IMG/VR virus record: IMGVR_UViG_3300029705_000104
Span: 1-64,000 of that record
Reading direction: 5' to 3' (one strand)
DNA length: 64,000 nucleotides
Origin: a virus
Position numbers and translations under genes: made by a program. The notes under the pieces were generated by a model that saw nothing but the letters and a program-made list of their open reading frames with translations, had not been told where the DNA came from and ran no database searches. This document shows positions 53,815 to 64,000 of the stretch, piece after piece. Each line of letters starts with the position of its first letter. Position 1 is the stretch's first letter.

Positions 53815-54087
53815 TTACTCAGAAATAGCTTCAGGCTCAATTTCTCCAACTTCAACTATTTCCACTTCAGGCTCTTCTTCATTAGCTTTAGTTGCTGAAG
53901 GATTTTGAGCAGTCTGTGCCACAGCCTCTAATTCATCCATTTTCATAGAAACCTGCCGTAAATATTTCAAGGCAACGGAAAGATGCGGACCAATAGCATC
54001 TAAATAGTCAGCGGGCACATTGATTTTTCTAAGCTCTTCAATAGAAATCCCAATTGCTTCTTTAATAGTAACAGTTCCATTAATCAT
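53815..54087 (-). CDS. hypothetical acidic protein
   Basis: 90-aa ORF. Confidence 0.3.
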   Translation of the reverse strand: MINGTVTIKEAIGISIEELRKINVPADYLDAIGPHLSVALKYLRQVSMKMDELEAVAQTAQNPSATKANEEEPEVEIVEVGEIEPEAISE

Positions 54088-54123
54088 TTGTTTTTGCTCC
54101 TTTCAATTATAAAACTGCATATA

Positions 54124-57100
54124 TTAATTCGAGAAATAAAATGACCTTTGTTTGCCATCTACTTTAAACTTAATATACCGATAATAATAATCTTCTTTAG
54201 CAGGCAAACTACTAACTAGTTTCGGATTCCATCCAGCTAGCACATTAGTTGGAGATGAACTGCTGGAAAATTTTCCACAGCTATCAATAGTCACACTGTA
54301 TGATGGCGAAGATCCTCCTCCAGAAGGAACATGCCAAATCTCTCCAGTTCTAGCATAGACCCCATTACTAGGATTCAGCATTACAACTTCGACATAACTG
54401 CCAGCGGTTAAATCTCCATGATGACTTGATGGTGCACTCACATAATCTAACCAGCCTTTACCAGTATACCAATATCCTCCCGTATACTTCGGATTACCGG
54501 TATTTATGTCAGCACTAAAAGTTCTAATATAGGCCTTTGGACTCAAAGAACCTTGGAAATTACTTCCTGTTCCATAATCAATCCAAGCACTATTATTATT
54601 TTGCCATCCATCAGCATAGTCTGCTTGTGTGCTAACTCTGCCAATTACGGTATTACCTTCTTTAAGTACAACACATCGAGTATCACTATTACTTCCACTG
54701 GTGTACGTACCTCTGGCTAAAGTAAAATTAGCGGCCTTAGTTGCTCCATTGCTAGCAACACCTTTAATGGAACAAATAGTCCGCAAATCATTTGCTCCTA
54801 AACTGGCATTATTTGTTGTAACAGATGTAACGGTTACACTATCAACACCATTCTGCCATACCGTTGATGCATCAATTGATACTGTAGCTGAAAACCCTGT
54901 ATCATATGTATGTGTTTCATCTGTACCATATTGAACTTTATAAGTACGCTTTACTGCTTTATCCGACACTGTAATAGATCCAGTTGGGGTTAAAGCAAAT
55001 ATCTTAGTGGTGAGATTATTAGAACCACCAGTCACCGTATAGGTACCACCTGACCAAGATCCAGATACGGTTGGACGACTAGGTGCAGTGATCTTTCTCT
55101 GAGCCACATTAGTTTTAGACGAAGCTCCACTCGACGCTTTAGCTTGTGCATAAACAGTCACGCTTCCACCATAGCCTAAAGCTAAATCAGCTGTATTATC
55201 TAAGCCTACAGTGCCGTAGCACCCGCTCCAACCATTGCTCTGGCCATCAGTATACTCACTAGTTGCATCAATCTGAATCCTAGCAATCCTATTGCCAGCA
55301 TTAGTATTAATTTGGTGAGCATAAGCATAAAGTTTATGACTAGAGAAACTACTATCTTTGGACATAACGATGACCAAATCTCTAGATTTAGGAGTCGGAG
55401 CTGTAGTTTTAAATGTTGCAGTATTTGTGTCAACTGCAATATTACTCTCGGTAGTAGTAGCCCAGCTTGGAGTACCAATACTCACATTATTTTGTCCAGA
55501 CGTATACCCACTAGCTTCTCCTGCCGTAACGCCATCAGTGTAAAAACTATTGGCATCAATACGAGCAACAACAGTGGACCCATATTTTAATTCAACTACC
55601 CTAATTGATGAGCTTGTCCCAGATGGCCTAAAAGAACTATTTTTGGATAATGTATATGTATAATCATCTTTACTTGATGATCCATCTACTTTAGGCTTTT
55701 GTACAGTAATCGATGCTGCTAGTGTGTCACCAATAGACCCAGTAGGAATAGTAGTAGCTGTTCTACACTCATTCCAGCCATCATTATAAACACTAGTGGC
55801 ATTAATGGAAATGGTTGATGTAAAACCAGTAGAATATACATGCTCGTCATCCGAGCCATAATACACTTCAAATGGCCTACTAACCCATTTGTTGGATTTA
55901 GATACTACGCTATTTTGAACTGGTGAAATAGATCTTAGAGTCGTATATAATGCATCTACTCCATTATTCTGGACAGTATATGTGCCGGAAGACCATGTCC
56001 AGGTAAGATTAGGTTGTCCGCCGGCTTTCCTAAAAGTTAAATTATAACCAGATGGATTTGTAATTTCACCACCTGTGGTTTTATATAAATGCAACGTATA
56101 TAAACCATTATTTTCAGTAATATTGGCATATGCAACTGCATTTTTAAGATTATAGCTCCCCATTTCACTATCGGTACCTGTATCGATATAGAAATTTTGA
56201 GCCGATAGGTTGCCAGCAGCAATAGTATGCTTACCAACTAAATAATCAGCAGTAATATAATCTGCTTCCAATGTACTGACTCTAGATTTTAAAGCATTTA
56301 ACTCTGAAATTTCAGCTTTTTGAATTACAGCATTCTTTACTAAAGTCACGTCACTACTTAAAACCGTAATGGTTTGTCCTTGGTCACGTAAATCCTTAAC
56401 CAAACCTGCAGTTTCGTCGCCTACTGTTTGACCAATAATAGTAACATCGGAAGAAAGGCTAGTAACCGTTGATCCAAGATCAGCTAAATCTTTAATCAAT
56501 CCGGATGTACTATCACCAACTTTTTGGCCGATTAAAGTAACATCAGAACTTAGCGCAGAAACGGTAGTGTCAGTCGCTGCTAAATCAGCGGTTAAACTTG
56601 CAACAGAACTATCTAGATTTTGACCAAGTAAAATAACATCATTAGAGATCGAGGCAATGCTTTGACCTTGTTCGGCTACGGTCTTGATAAGTCCATACGT
56701 TTCATCACCTACTTTTTGCCCGATTAATGTAACATCAGAATCCAGAAGTGAGACTGTTACTCCTAATTCTTCAAGATCGGCTTTCAAATCAACCGTACTA
56801 TGATGAATATCACGAGCATTAATATAAATCGGTTCGCCTGTTGACGGATCAATTTTTACATTTCCTTCATCATCTAATTCTGCAAACAAAAAAGTTCCAT
56901 CATCGGTCAAGATTTTGGCAATATTTAATCCATCACTGTTAAAAATATTTAAAACGCTGGCACCAATACCAGTTTTATCTTTAACAAAATCAATGATTTT
57001 ACTAACTAATCCAGCCTGACCCTCGGCATCTTCCATCCCAGAGAAAATAGAAAAACCGCCTTCCTCATCAGGAATAATACTCGGCATCTTTGTACTAGTC

Positions 57101-59100
57101 TGGGTTTTAAGATCAAAACCGTATTCATAAATCACATATTCAAAAATATGATGATTCTCAAGCAATTTAGGGGTAATTTCTGAATATTGTCGCTTGAGCC
57201 AAGAGCCTCTAGGACGACCCTGATTATCATGCCCCCATTGAATGACCCCATTTGTGATGCCTGTAATGACAGGACTCCAGAACAAAACTTTACCGCGCCC
57301 GTCATCACCCATTTCAGAGTCAAAGACCCAAAAATAAGGAGGATGGGATTGACCAGATGAGTCAATTAAAGATGGACCTCCTTGTTTATTAGCAGGCACA
57401 TTATGTTTATACCAAACTTTATGGCGTTTTAGCCAAGAACGAACTTCATCAAACCAGGTGCCATATTCATTGCCTGCTTCTTGATCATCCGAAGGAGGCG
57501 TATACCCGCCACTTGATGATTTTTTACTAGTAGATGCCCCGGAGGATCTGTAATTCTTGGTAAGTGCCATAGAAGGAATACCAAAACTATAAGTGGTATT
57601 CTCCGGATTATAAAAATCATAATCTATCTCGAGGCATGTAAAAAGTCGTTCTATAATTGGCGGCACAGGGCCTCGGCCATATGGAAATTTTAAATATACT
57701 CGATCGCCAACTGAAATTTCAGGAACGGATTGACTAAGTAGATGCATATCAATAGCCTGGACTGTAACTTTTTCAATAGATCCATGATAGTTATCACGAA
57801 CCCATTTTACAGCGGCATTAAATAGCTTCTCTTGAGTGTCCATGTCATCAAAGTTGATGATCTTCCAAATAACACCATAATCTTCAATAGCATAACGATA
57901 ATCGTCTGCTAAATGATATCCTACATTTAACTCTTGTTCAGAATAAACTTTTAGAATATCTGGGACATCAATTGAATTCCCAGAAATCGTCCAAGATTCA
58001 CCATTTATTGTCTGAACAGTATAACCTGTCAAATATAAATCTTTATTATTACTTTTGCCAATAGGAATAATTTTTGTAAAAAGATTATCTACTTCCGTAG
58101 ATTCATCAATATTTAACAAATTTTTTCCAATTTCGATTTTCTGAGTATTAATATCAGCATTAAAATACTGATCAAGCCAATCCAAATAAATTCGATAATA
58201 ATCAACATGATTATAATACCAATCCTGTCGTTCATGTAACCGAATGGCATAAAATTCAGCTTCATCAGGATTATTAAATTTTCCAAGATACTCTCCTGTT
58301 TGATTATAATGATCAATTGCTGTATTTTCATCTACAAGCTGACCATTTACCACCATTGGGAGCAGTACTTCTTCATTATTAATATTTACTGTAAAACTAT
58401 ATTCAGTACTAATTGACCCATCTTCATTTTGAACAGGAATTCGATTATTAAGATCGATATTTCCTTTGCCATACTGGCCAATGTCAGAAAATGCATCAAT
58501 CTCGTATCTGGTTCTCCAGCATCCTCCATAATGACTCTTTAAGTCATCCAAAATGCTTTTTGTTTGCGACCAACTAGAAGTTCCAAATGAAAACTCTTCA
58601 TTAGCCATACGCTGTTCATTTTGAATAGCATTAGAGTAATGCCCCGGCACTTCAGATAAGAAGAAGAATTTTTCAGGCTGGTCAATAATTTGTGTGTTAT
58701 GATTATTAATTACAGAAACAAGATAATCATATACAGAAATAGGAGTTCTCTCTTTTTCTGTTTTTGGAGGATAATAAGTATCTAATAATAAAGAAATAGC
58801 TCCCTCACAGGTAATCTTTCTTTCTCCATAAAAACCATTAGTCACAGTTAAGACACGACCATAAAAAACATTTTTATCTCCCAAATCTACAATAATAAAT
58901 GTAGTCATTTGAGCAAAAGCGTTATAATAGGTCTCATCTGGTTGAATACTAAAACTCAAACTACCTGCGCTGTCAATACCTACTTTACAGCTAATATTGT
59001 CAATATGAATACCATTAGTGGCGGGAACATCTTGAATCAAAACTCTATTAGGATTAATTGTATCATTGATAACAAGATTAATCCCATAAATATTTATCAT
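54124..59100 (-). CDS. tail-associated lysin / tail tip protein (Tal; Prophage_tail N-terminal domain)
   Basis: 1658 aa immediately after a Dit-like gene; N-terminal region is typical of siphovirus Tal proteins. Confidence 0.6.
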   Translation of the reverse strand: MINIYGINLVINDTINPNRVLIQDVPATNGIHIDNISCKVGIDSAGSLSFSIQPDETYYNAFAQMTTFIIVDLGDKNVFYGRVLTVTNGFYGERKITCEGAISLLLDTYYPPKTEKERTPISVYDYLVSVINNHNTQIIDQPEKFFFLSEVPGHYSNAIQNEQRMANEEFSFGTSSWSQTKSILDDLKSHYGGCWRTRYEIDAFSDIGQYGKGNIDLNNRIPVQNEDGSISTEYSFTVNINNEEVLLPMVVNGQLVDENTAIDHYNQTGEYLGKFNNPDEAEFYAIRLHERQDWYYNHVDYYRIYLDWLDQYFNADINTQKIEIGKNLLNIDESTEVDNLFTKIIPIGKSNNKDLYLTGYTVQTINGESWTISGNSIDVPDILKVYSEQELNVGYHLADDYRYAIEDYGVIWKIINFDDMDTQEKLFNAAVKWVRDNYHGSIEKVTVQAIDMHLLSQSVPEISVGDRVYLKFPYGRGPVPPIIERLFTCLEIDYDFYNPENTTYSFGIPSMALTKNYRSSGASTSKKSSSGGYTPPSDDQEAGNEYGTWFDEVRSWLKRHKVWYKHNVPANKQGGPSLIDSSGQSHPPYFWVFDSEMGDDGRGKVLFWSPVITGITNGVIQWGHDNQGRPRGSWLKRQYSEITPKLLENHHIFEYVIYEYGFDLKTQTSTKMPSIIPDEEGGFSIFSGMEDAEGQAGLVSKIIDFVKDKTGIGASVLNIFNSDGLNIAKILTDDGTFLFAELDDEGNVKIDPSTGEPIYINARDIHHSTVDLKADLEELGVTVSLLDSDVTLIGQKVGDETYGLIKTVAEQGQSIASISNDVILLGQNLDSSVASLTADLAATDTTVSALSSDVTLIGQKVGDSTSGLIKDLADLGSTVTSLSSDVTIIGQTVGDETAGLVKDLRDQGQTITVLSSDVTLVKNAVIQKAEISELNALKSRVSTLEADYITADYLVGKHTIAAGNLSAQNFYIDTGTDSEMGSYNLKNAVAYANITENNGLYTLHLYKTTGGEITNPSGYNLTFRKAGGQPNLTWTWSSGTYTVQNNGVDALYTTLRSISPVQNSVVSKSNKWVSRPFEVYYGSDDEHVYSTGFTSTISINATSVYNDGWNECRTATTIPTGSIGDTLAASITVQKPKVDGSSSKDDYTYTLSKNSSFRPSGTSSSIRVVELKYGSTVVARIDANSFYTDGVTAGEASGYTSGQNNVSIGTPSWATTTESNIAVDTNTATFKTTAPTPKSRDLVIVMSKDSSFSSHKLYAYAHQINTNAGNRIARIQIDATSEYTDGQSNGWSGCYGTVGLDNTADLALGYGGSVTVYAQAKASSGASSKTNVAQRKITAPSRPTVSGSWSGGTYTVTGGSNNLTTKIFALTPTGSITVSDKAVKRTYKVQYGTDETHTYDTGFSATVSIDASTVWQNGVDSVTVTSVTTNNASLGANDLRTICSIKGVASNGATKAANFTLARGTYTSGSNSDTRCVVLKEGNTVIGRVSTQADYADGWQNNNSAWIDYGTGSNFQGSLSPKAYIRTFSADINTGNPKYTGGYWYTGKGWLDYVSAPSSHHGDLTAGSYVEVVMLNPSNGVYARTGEIWHVPSGGGSSPSYSVTIDSCGKFSSSSSPTNVLAGWNPKLVSSLPAKEDYYYRYIKFKVDGKQRSFYFSN

Positions 59101-59570
59101 ATACCCGCCTCCGTTTCGTTAAGATTATACTTCACTGGACTTAATCTATAATTTAAGGACGCTGTCGAAAATGCCTCTCCAGTTGTCCAAGTTTCCATAG
59201 TAACACGGCCAATATAATAATGAGTATTATCATCTTCTAAACGAACACGCATTTGACTCCCGTCAAAAAAGCTAAGGAGCTCATTTTTTCGAGCAATCCA
59301 ACTGCGATTATCTATAATTTGACCGTCATATTCTTTAATAACTACAAATTCAAAAGTTCCACTTCGATCTGAATAAGAAGGTGCTCCTGTCAAATAATCT
59401 GTAAGATCTAAAGATCCAACACGACCTGGAATATCAACATACTTAAATGTCCTAGCAGGAATTGCAACATCTGGACGAGAAGAAGGTATTAAATGAAAAT
59501 CGTTCCAGGTATTTTTAGTGACGCTATTTTTGGTAAATATAATAGAATGAAAATCCGAACTTTGCGACAT
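59097..59570 (-). CDS. distal tail protein (Dit-like)
   Basis: 157 aa between the tape-measure and Tal genes; 4-nt overlap with the Tal start. Confidence 0.5.
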   Translation of the reverse strand: MSQSSDFHSIIFTKNSVTKNTWNDFHLIPSSRPDVAIPARTFKYVDIPGRVGSLDLTDYLTGAPSYSDRSGTFEFVVIKEYDGQIIDNRSWIARKNELLSFFDGSQMRVRLEDDNTHYYIGRVTMETWTTGEAFSTASLNYRLSPVKYNLNETEAGI

Positions 59571-59636
59571 CTTTATGCCTCCTTCCCATAAAAGTAATAG
59601 AGAGGGCTCCCGATTACCGAAAGCCCTCCCCGTTTG

Positions 59637-62600
59637 TTAAATATCCGTACGAGAAGAATAAAATCCACGCTGGCCTAAATATCGATCCATTTCAGGACCA
59701 ATGGCACCAACAACCGCACCTGTATTCATAACAAGTTTTATGTTCTTTATTGATGCATTAAGCATGGAGACATCTTCTCTCAAATTTGTAATTTCCTGGC
59801 GAATATCATGCATGCTTTCTGTGTAATCTTTGGGCATAGCAGTATCCGCCATAATTGTTGCTCTACTCGGATCGATGGTAAGGCTCCCACTCGTAAGACT
59901 AAGGCCCGAAGATCCAAACCATCCATTTAAACGAGCAACACCACTTTCAACATTAGTTAAGTCTAAGATTGGAGTAATCGTCGGTTGTGTAAATTCCTCT
60001 CCATTAATCAATTTAGATAATAATGTTAACGCACCTTCTGCACCGAAGAGAGTGTCTGTAATTAGCCCTTCGGCAGCATCCGCAGGCTTATCAGTGTTAC
60101 GTTCAATACCCGCAGCTACTCCTAATGCAATGTATGTACCAACAGTGTCTCTAAATAATTTAGAAGGAGAGGCCGATCGAGATTCAGCCATTGCCGCATC
60201 ATGAAGTTTTTTGATCATATGTTTGGCTGCTTCAACTAAATCATCATCCGAATCCTTATTTAAAATTCCTGCTTTAATGCCTAATACCATGTTTCTACCA
60301 ACGCCATAAAAATCATAATTTTGATCGCGCGAATTAACAAATGCATTAAGCCCTTCAGCAAACCTGGCGAACATATCAATAGAATCCATATTAATTTCTT
60401 CGCCGTTTTCGTTCCAATATGCAATGGTTTCACAAATTTGATGCATTAGGAAAGCAACTCCGTCCAACACTGAGGATACTTCACGAGATCCAGTTGATGC
60501 ATCATATTCAATTACAATATCATCTTGTAGATGATTTAATAAATCAGCTAAAACCGAAACATAACTAAATCCATTTCTTAATTTATCCTCGGGAATATAG
60601 CTTAATGCAGACATAATTTCAGTGAAGGATGCAACAGAACTTAATGCACTATTTACAACATCAGCATTAAATTTAGCAGTTTGTCCTTCAATTTCACCAT
60701 TTAAGGCATTACTAAGATTCATTAATCCTGCGCCCATAACGGTAATGTCATCTGCTAATTCACCGAAGTCCTCTTTATGACCTGTAAACCATTGAACAAT
60801 ACCACCTACATCTGGCATCTCATTGCGCATTTTGATTAAATCTCTCAATGCCTGCAATGCATTATTAAATGTGGTGGATGTATCTGAATCAAACTTTGTA
60901 TTATTAGCAAAATCCTGGAGTGCTGCTCCTAATGCAATAATATCTTCCGAGAATGTTCCTAAGGTTTCAGGCGTTACATTAGTACCTTCAAATATCAGAG
61001 TTGCCTTAATAGATTCTTTTGTCAAATCAGTGTTTAACTGCTTAAAGAACTTAAGTGCGTTAGTAGCATTAGAGACATCTCCAAAATCTTTGGTACTTTC
61101 ATAAAAGCTATATAAAGCACCACCGAGTAATCTAATATTTGTAGCAAATCTAGACATTACTCCGACTTTAACTTCTTTAGTAACTACATCTACAACTGCA
61201 ACGGTATCAGCAGTTAAACGCTTATTTAATTCGGCTAAGAAATCCAATGCTTTAAGTCCAGCAGCTGCTTTTCCATCATTAAATTTTTTGCATGCGTTAG
61301 CATATGATACAACAGCATTCGCTAATGCTGCTAACTGAGACGGAAAATCTTTAAGATCAGCCTCACTCGGTAAATCCGGAATTTTAAAGCTACCATTCTC
61401 ATTAAGAGAATCACTAATAGCCGTCATAATTCGAACCGCACCGCTTACTCCATCTGCAGATAACTCTTCATCGGTTAGTCCGGTGACTTCCTTAGCACCA
61501 AGAGCATATAAGGATAAAGCGCCACCTAAGCCTTGAAGAACTTCAATAAATCCATCAAGATCTAATTCACTAAAAGCCTGAATATCATTCTTGCATGCAA
61601 GAATATTTTTCAGTAACTTTAATGCAATGGGCTCTTCCTCTTGAATAGATGCTTTCCCTTCAGGATTTACAAAGCTAGAAATAGCTCCACCTAAGGATGC
61701 CATATTATCCGAGAATGTTCCTAAAGCAAAGCCATTAATTTGATCTTTTAGACTACAAATTTTATCGATCAAGCGAATTGCCGGATCATTATCTGGACCT
61801 TTAACATTGCCTGTCAGATTTGCATATAGACGCAGCGCTGCTCCAAGTTTACGAACCATTGTCGTAAAATTAGCTAAAGGCTGCATATAAGAACTTACAT
61901 CTTGTAAACCGGCAATTAAATTATATAATGATTCAAATTTACGTTTAGCAGAATCGATTTGCTCTTCGCTCATTCCAGACATATTGCTTATAAAAGATGT
62001 AAGCATGCTGGAAATCAGAATTAACTTGGCACTCAATTTCTCTAAACTACTTCCAATGGCACCAATTACCAAAGGCATAACTAGCGATAAGACCGCCATA
62101 ATAGCAGCTACAGCCGCACCTAAAATAAGGATACCTTTAATAGCTCCGGATAAAGACAATTTAGATGTAATCTTCAATGCTTCAGCCATAGCTATTAATA
62201 ATGCAGCCAAGCCTAAAGAAAATGCTAATATCTTATCAACTTTTAATGTCTTAATTTCATTTAATGCCATAGAGAACACTAAAACTACAGCGGCCAAACC
62301 AACCATAGCCACTAGTGCATGAAGGCCCTTCATAAGGGATTTTTCATTGCTGTTAATCATATCGACCATGGCAAAATATACAACAAGAAGTGCAGATAAA
62401 GCAATCATGGAAACTACAATAGTGTCCCATTTGACTCCCTGCATCATTTGCATACTAAGACCAAAGGCTAATAACACAACCGCTAAAGGAACTAATGCGG
62501 CAAATGCAGCAACACCCTCTCGAATTTTCATTCCCTTAGAAAGTTCCATTAATACATAAATTGTGCCTAAGAGTACAATTAAGCCTACTGCCATTCTTGC

Positions 62601-64000
62601 AAGGCCTTCCCAGGAAACAGATGCTAATGGCGTAAGTGCTCTTACTAATACCCATATTGATACAGCAACGGCAATAACACCTGCCATCTCACCGAATCTG
62701 TAAGAACCAAGGCCAGAATTAAATGCACTAAGCATTAACAAAATGGCTCCTAAGCCGGCACCCATTTTAGCAAGATTTTCCCAGCTAAAGGCAGCCAAGG
62801 GTTTTAATGCCTCAACTAATATCCAAATACTTCCAGCCAATAATATTAATTTACCTAGGGCTGTACCTTTTAAAGACTTAACACTAGTAGAAAATCCTAC
62901 AAGCATAAGCAGTACTACCCCTAATGCTGAAAGCATCTTTAAGATGCCATCCATAGACAAATTAGCTAATGGTTTCAATGTAGAAATTAACAACCCTATG
63001 CTTATAGCTAATAGGATGGCACTTAGCATACCGGTTCCTTTGAGGCTACCCATGATACGGCTAAATCCAGCAAGCATCAATAAGATTGCTAATAATCCTA
63101 CACCCATCTTAGCCATTCCTTCCCAGGAAATTTTAGTTAAGGGTTTTAAACTTCTAACTAATACGCCAATTCCAAGGGCTAATAGTGCCATAGCAAACAT
63201 ATCCTTGGATTTTACTTTCTTAAAATCACCGGATACATATTTAGCAAATAGGCCAAGGATCAGAACAATTCCACCTAAACCGGTAAGCATCGTTGCAATT
63301 TGATCCATACGCATATTAGCTAATGGCTTTAAGGCAAGCACTAATAAAGTAATACCTATAATAATGCCCGTAAGTGCTATGCCCATAAGACCAATTGAGG
63401 CAGTCATACTAATGATCTCGGCAAGACCCATACCTTCAATTGTGCTCTTCATAAATTTCACAAAGAGCCCCATAAAGAGCATGATCAGTCCAACAGTAGC
63501 CACGCCTTTAATCAACGAGCTAATTTTCATGCTGCCTAAAACGGCAACTGCTGCTGCAATCAATGCAATACCAGCCGCAATCTTTAAGAATTTTTCACCA
63601 GCAGTTTCAGTCTTATCAGACACATCTAGAGATATACCTTTTTTAAGGCTGTCCCCTAATCCTTCAAAGAATCCACCGATGGTTTTAAACATAGTTTTTC
63701 CTTTAGAAAGCATCTGGAATCCTTTAAACAATGTTAAAAGTCCACCAAAAGCTTTAGTAAGTTTAAAAATGTTACTGCTACTAAAGATTTCAGTCATGCT
63801 TTTAATAAAGTTACCTGCAGCTCCTAAACCTAGATTATTCTTTAATAATGAAAATAAAGTGAATTCCCCTTCTTCATTTTTAAAGCCATCCAGCAAACCG
63901 CCAAAGACGCCAAATATCTTTTTAAACCACATTTTAATAGCGCCAACAGCAGTTTGTGCTTCACCTTCTACAACTTCACCATCATCAAAACCAAATACGT
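59637..64000 (-). CDS. tail tape-measure protein (5' end may lie beyond the window)
   Basis: At least 1431 aa with many hydrophobic helical segments and A/G-rich repeats. First in-window Met is at 63932, but the same frame stays open to position 64000. Confidence 0.65.
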   Translation of the reverse strand, partial: VFGFDDGEVVEGEAQTAVGAIKMWFKKIFGVFGGLLDGFKNEEGEFTLFSLLKNNLGLGAAGNFIKSMTEIFSSSNIFKLTKAFGGLLTLFKGFQMLSKGKTMFKTIGGFFEGLGDSLKKGISLDVSDKTETAGEKFLKIAAGIALIAAAVAVLGSMKISSLIKGVATVGLIMLFMGLFVKFMKSTIEGMGLAEIISMTASIGLMGIALTGIIIGITLLVLALKPLANMRMDQIATMLTGLGGIVLILGLFAKYVSGDFKKVKSKDMFAMALLALGIGVLVRSLKPLTKISWEGMAKMGVGLLAILLMLAGFSRIMGSLKGTGMLSAILLAISIGLLISTLKPLANLSMDGILKMLSALGVVLLMLVGFSTSVKSLKGTALGKLILLAGSIWILVEALKPLAAFSWENLAKMGAGLGAILLMLSAFNSGLGSYRFGEMAGVIAVAVSIWVLVRALTPLASVSWEGLARMAVGLIVLLGTIYVLMELSKGMKIREGVAAFAALVPLAVVLLAFGLSMQMMQGVKWDTIVVSMIALSALLVVYFAMVDMINSNEKSLMKGLHALVAMVGLAAVVLVFSMALNEIKTLKVDKILAFSLGLAALLIAMAEALKITSKLSLSGAIKGILILGAAVAAIMAVLSLVMPLVIGAIGSSLEKLSAKLILISSMLTSFISNMSGMSEEQIDSAKRKFESLYNLIAGLQDVSSYMQPLANFTTMVRKLGAALRLYANLTGNVKGPDNDPAIRLIDKICSLKDQINGFALGTFSDNMASLGGAISSFVNPEGKASIQEEEPIALKLLKNILACKNDIQAFSELDLDGFIEVLQGLGGALSLYALGAKEVTGLTDEELSADGVSGAVRIMTAISDSLNENGSFKIPDLPSEADLKDFPSQLAALANAVVSYANACKKFNDGKAAAGLKALDFLAELNKRLTADTVAVVDVVTKEVKVGVMSRFATNIRLLGGALYSFYESTKDFGDVSNATNALKFFKQLNTDLTKESIKATLIFEGTNVTPETLGTFSEDIIALGAALQDFANNTKFDSDTSTTFNNALQALRDLIKMRNEMPDVGGIVQWFTGHKEDFGELADDITVMGAGLMNLSNALNGEIEGQTAKFNADVVNSALSSVASFTEIMSALSYIPEDKLRNGFSYVSVLADLLNHLQDDIVIEYDASTGSREVSSVLDGVAFLMHQICETIAYWNENGEEINMDSIDMFARFAEGLNAFVNSRDQNYDFYGVGRNMVLGIKAGILNKDSDDDLVEAAKHMIKKLHDAAMAESRSASPSKLFRDTVGTYIALGVAAGIERNTDKPADAAEGLITDTLFGAEGALTLLSKLINGEEFTQPTITPILDLTNVESGVARLNGWFGSSGLSLTSGSLTIDPSRATIMADTAMPKDYTESMHDIRQEITNLREDVSMLNASIKNIKLVMNTGAVVGAIGPEMDRYLGQRGFYSSRTDI

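Noticed and set aside
1-64000. Integrase / attachment site / host flanks
   Set aside because: No tyrosine or serine recombinase motif was recognised in any ORF. The whole window reads as phage, so prophage boundaries cannot be placed. The tRNA fragment at 27461-27498 is the only att-like hint.

Overview
The window looks like a contiguous piece of a tailed (siphovirus-like) phage or prophage from a low-GC, Firmicutes-type host. Every credible gene is on the minus strand, the DNA is AT-rich, and starts carry AGGAGG-type ribosome-binding sites; the plus-strand ORFs in the track appear to be shadow frames inside minus-strand genes.

Reading in transcription order (high to low coordinate), the modules are:
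- Tail tip (64.0-54.1 kb): tape-measure protein whose reading frame runs off the window edge, a Dit-like distal tail protein and a 1658-aa Tal-type tail protein.
- Lysis cassette (54.1-50.5 kb): phiLC3-type holin, a CHAP/C39-like cysteine peptidase and an NlpC/P60 endolysin with a peptidoglycan-binding domain.
- Fibre module (50.3-40.0 kb): a 1559-aa protein built from 14-residue SHAEG repeats, two paralogous fibres sharing a PSPENIRPI N-domain, and a BspA-like leucine-rich-repeat protein.
- Small unusual proteins (40.0-36.8 kb): acidic, Gly/Gln-rich and Cys-tailed proteins of unknown role.
- Accessory half (36.7-0 kb): many single-gene cassettes, each bounded by a conserved ~28-nt promoter-like motif and a hairpin plus T-run terminator.

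Recognisable accessory functions include ThyX, DUF3310, an HExxH metallopeptidase-like protein, a KxDG ligase-like protein, a tail-lysozyme/SH3b hydrolase, a MYG1-like hydrolase, a tRNA island, a TerD-domain protein, a sigma-region-4-like regulator, a TrmL-like SPOUT methyltransferase, pentapeptide-repeat paralogs (one frameshifted), an SPFH / vWA / J-domain kinase-like trio, and a PurA-like, AAA+ ATPase, HD-hydrolase trio reminiscent of the 2-aminoadenine (Z-base) pathway. The tRNA island holds tRNA-Gln(UUG), tRNA-Leu(CAG), tRNA-Leu(UAA) and several tRNA fragments.

RNA and regulatory features include a five-copy iteron-like direct-repeat array in the largest non-coding gap, a conserved hairpin upstream of three transcription units, and at least 13 copies of the promoter-like motif. 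No integrase, CRISPR array, reverse transcriptase or rRNA was seen.
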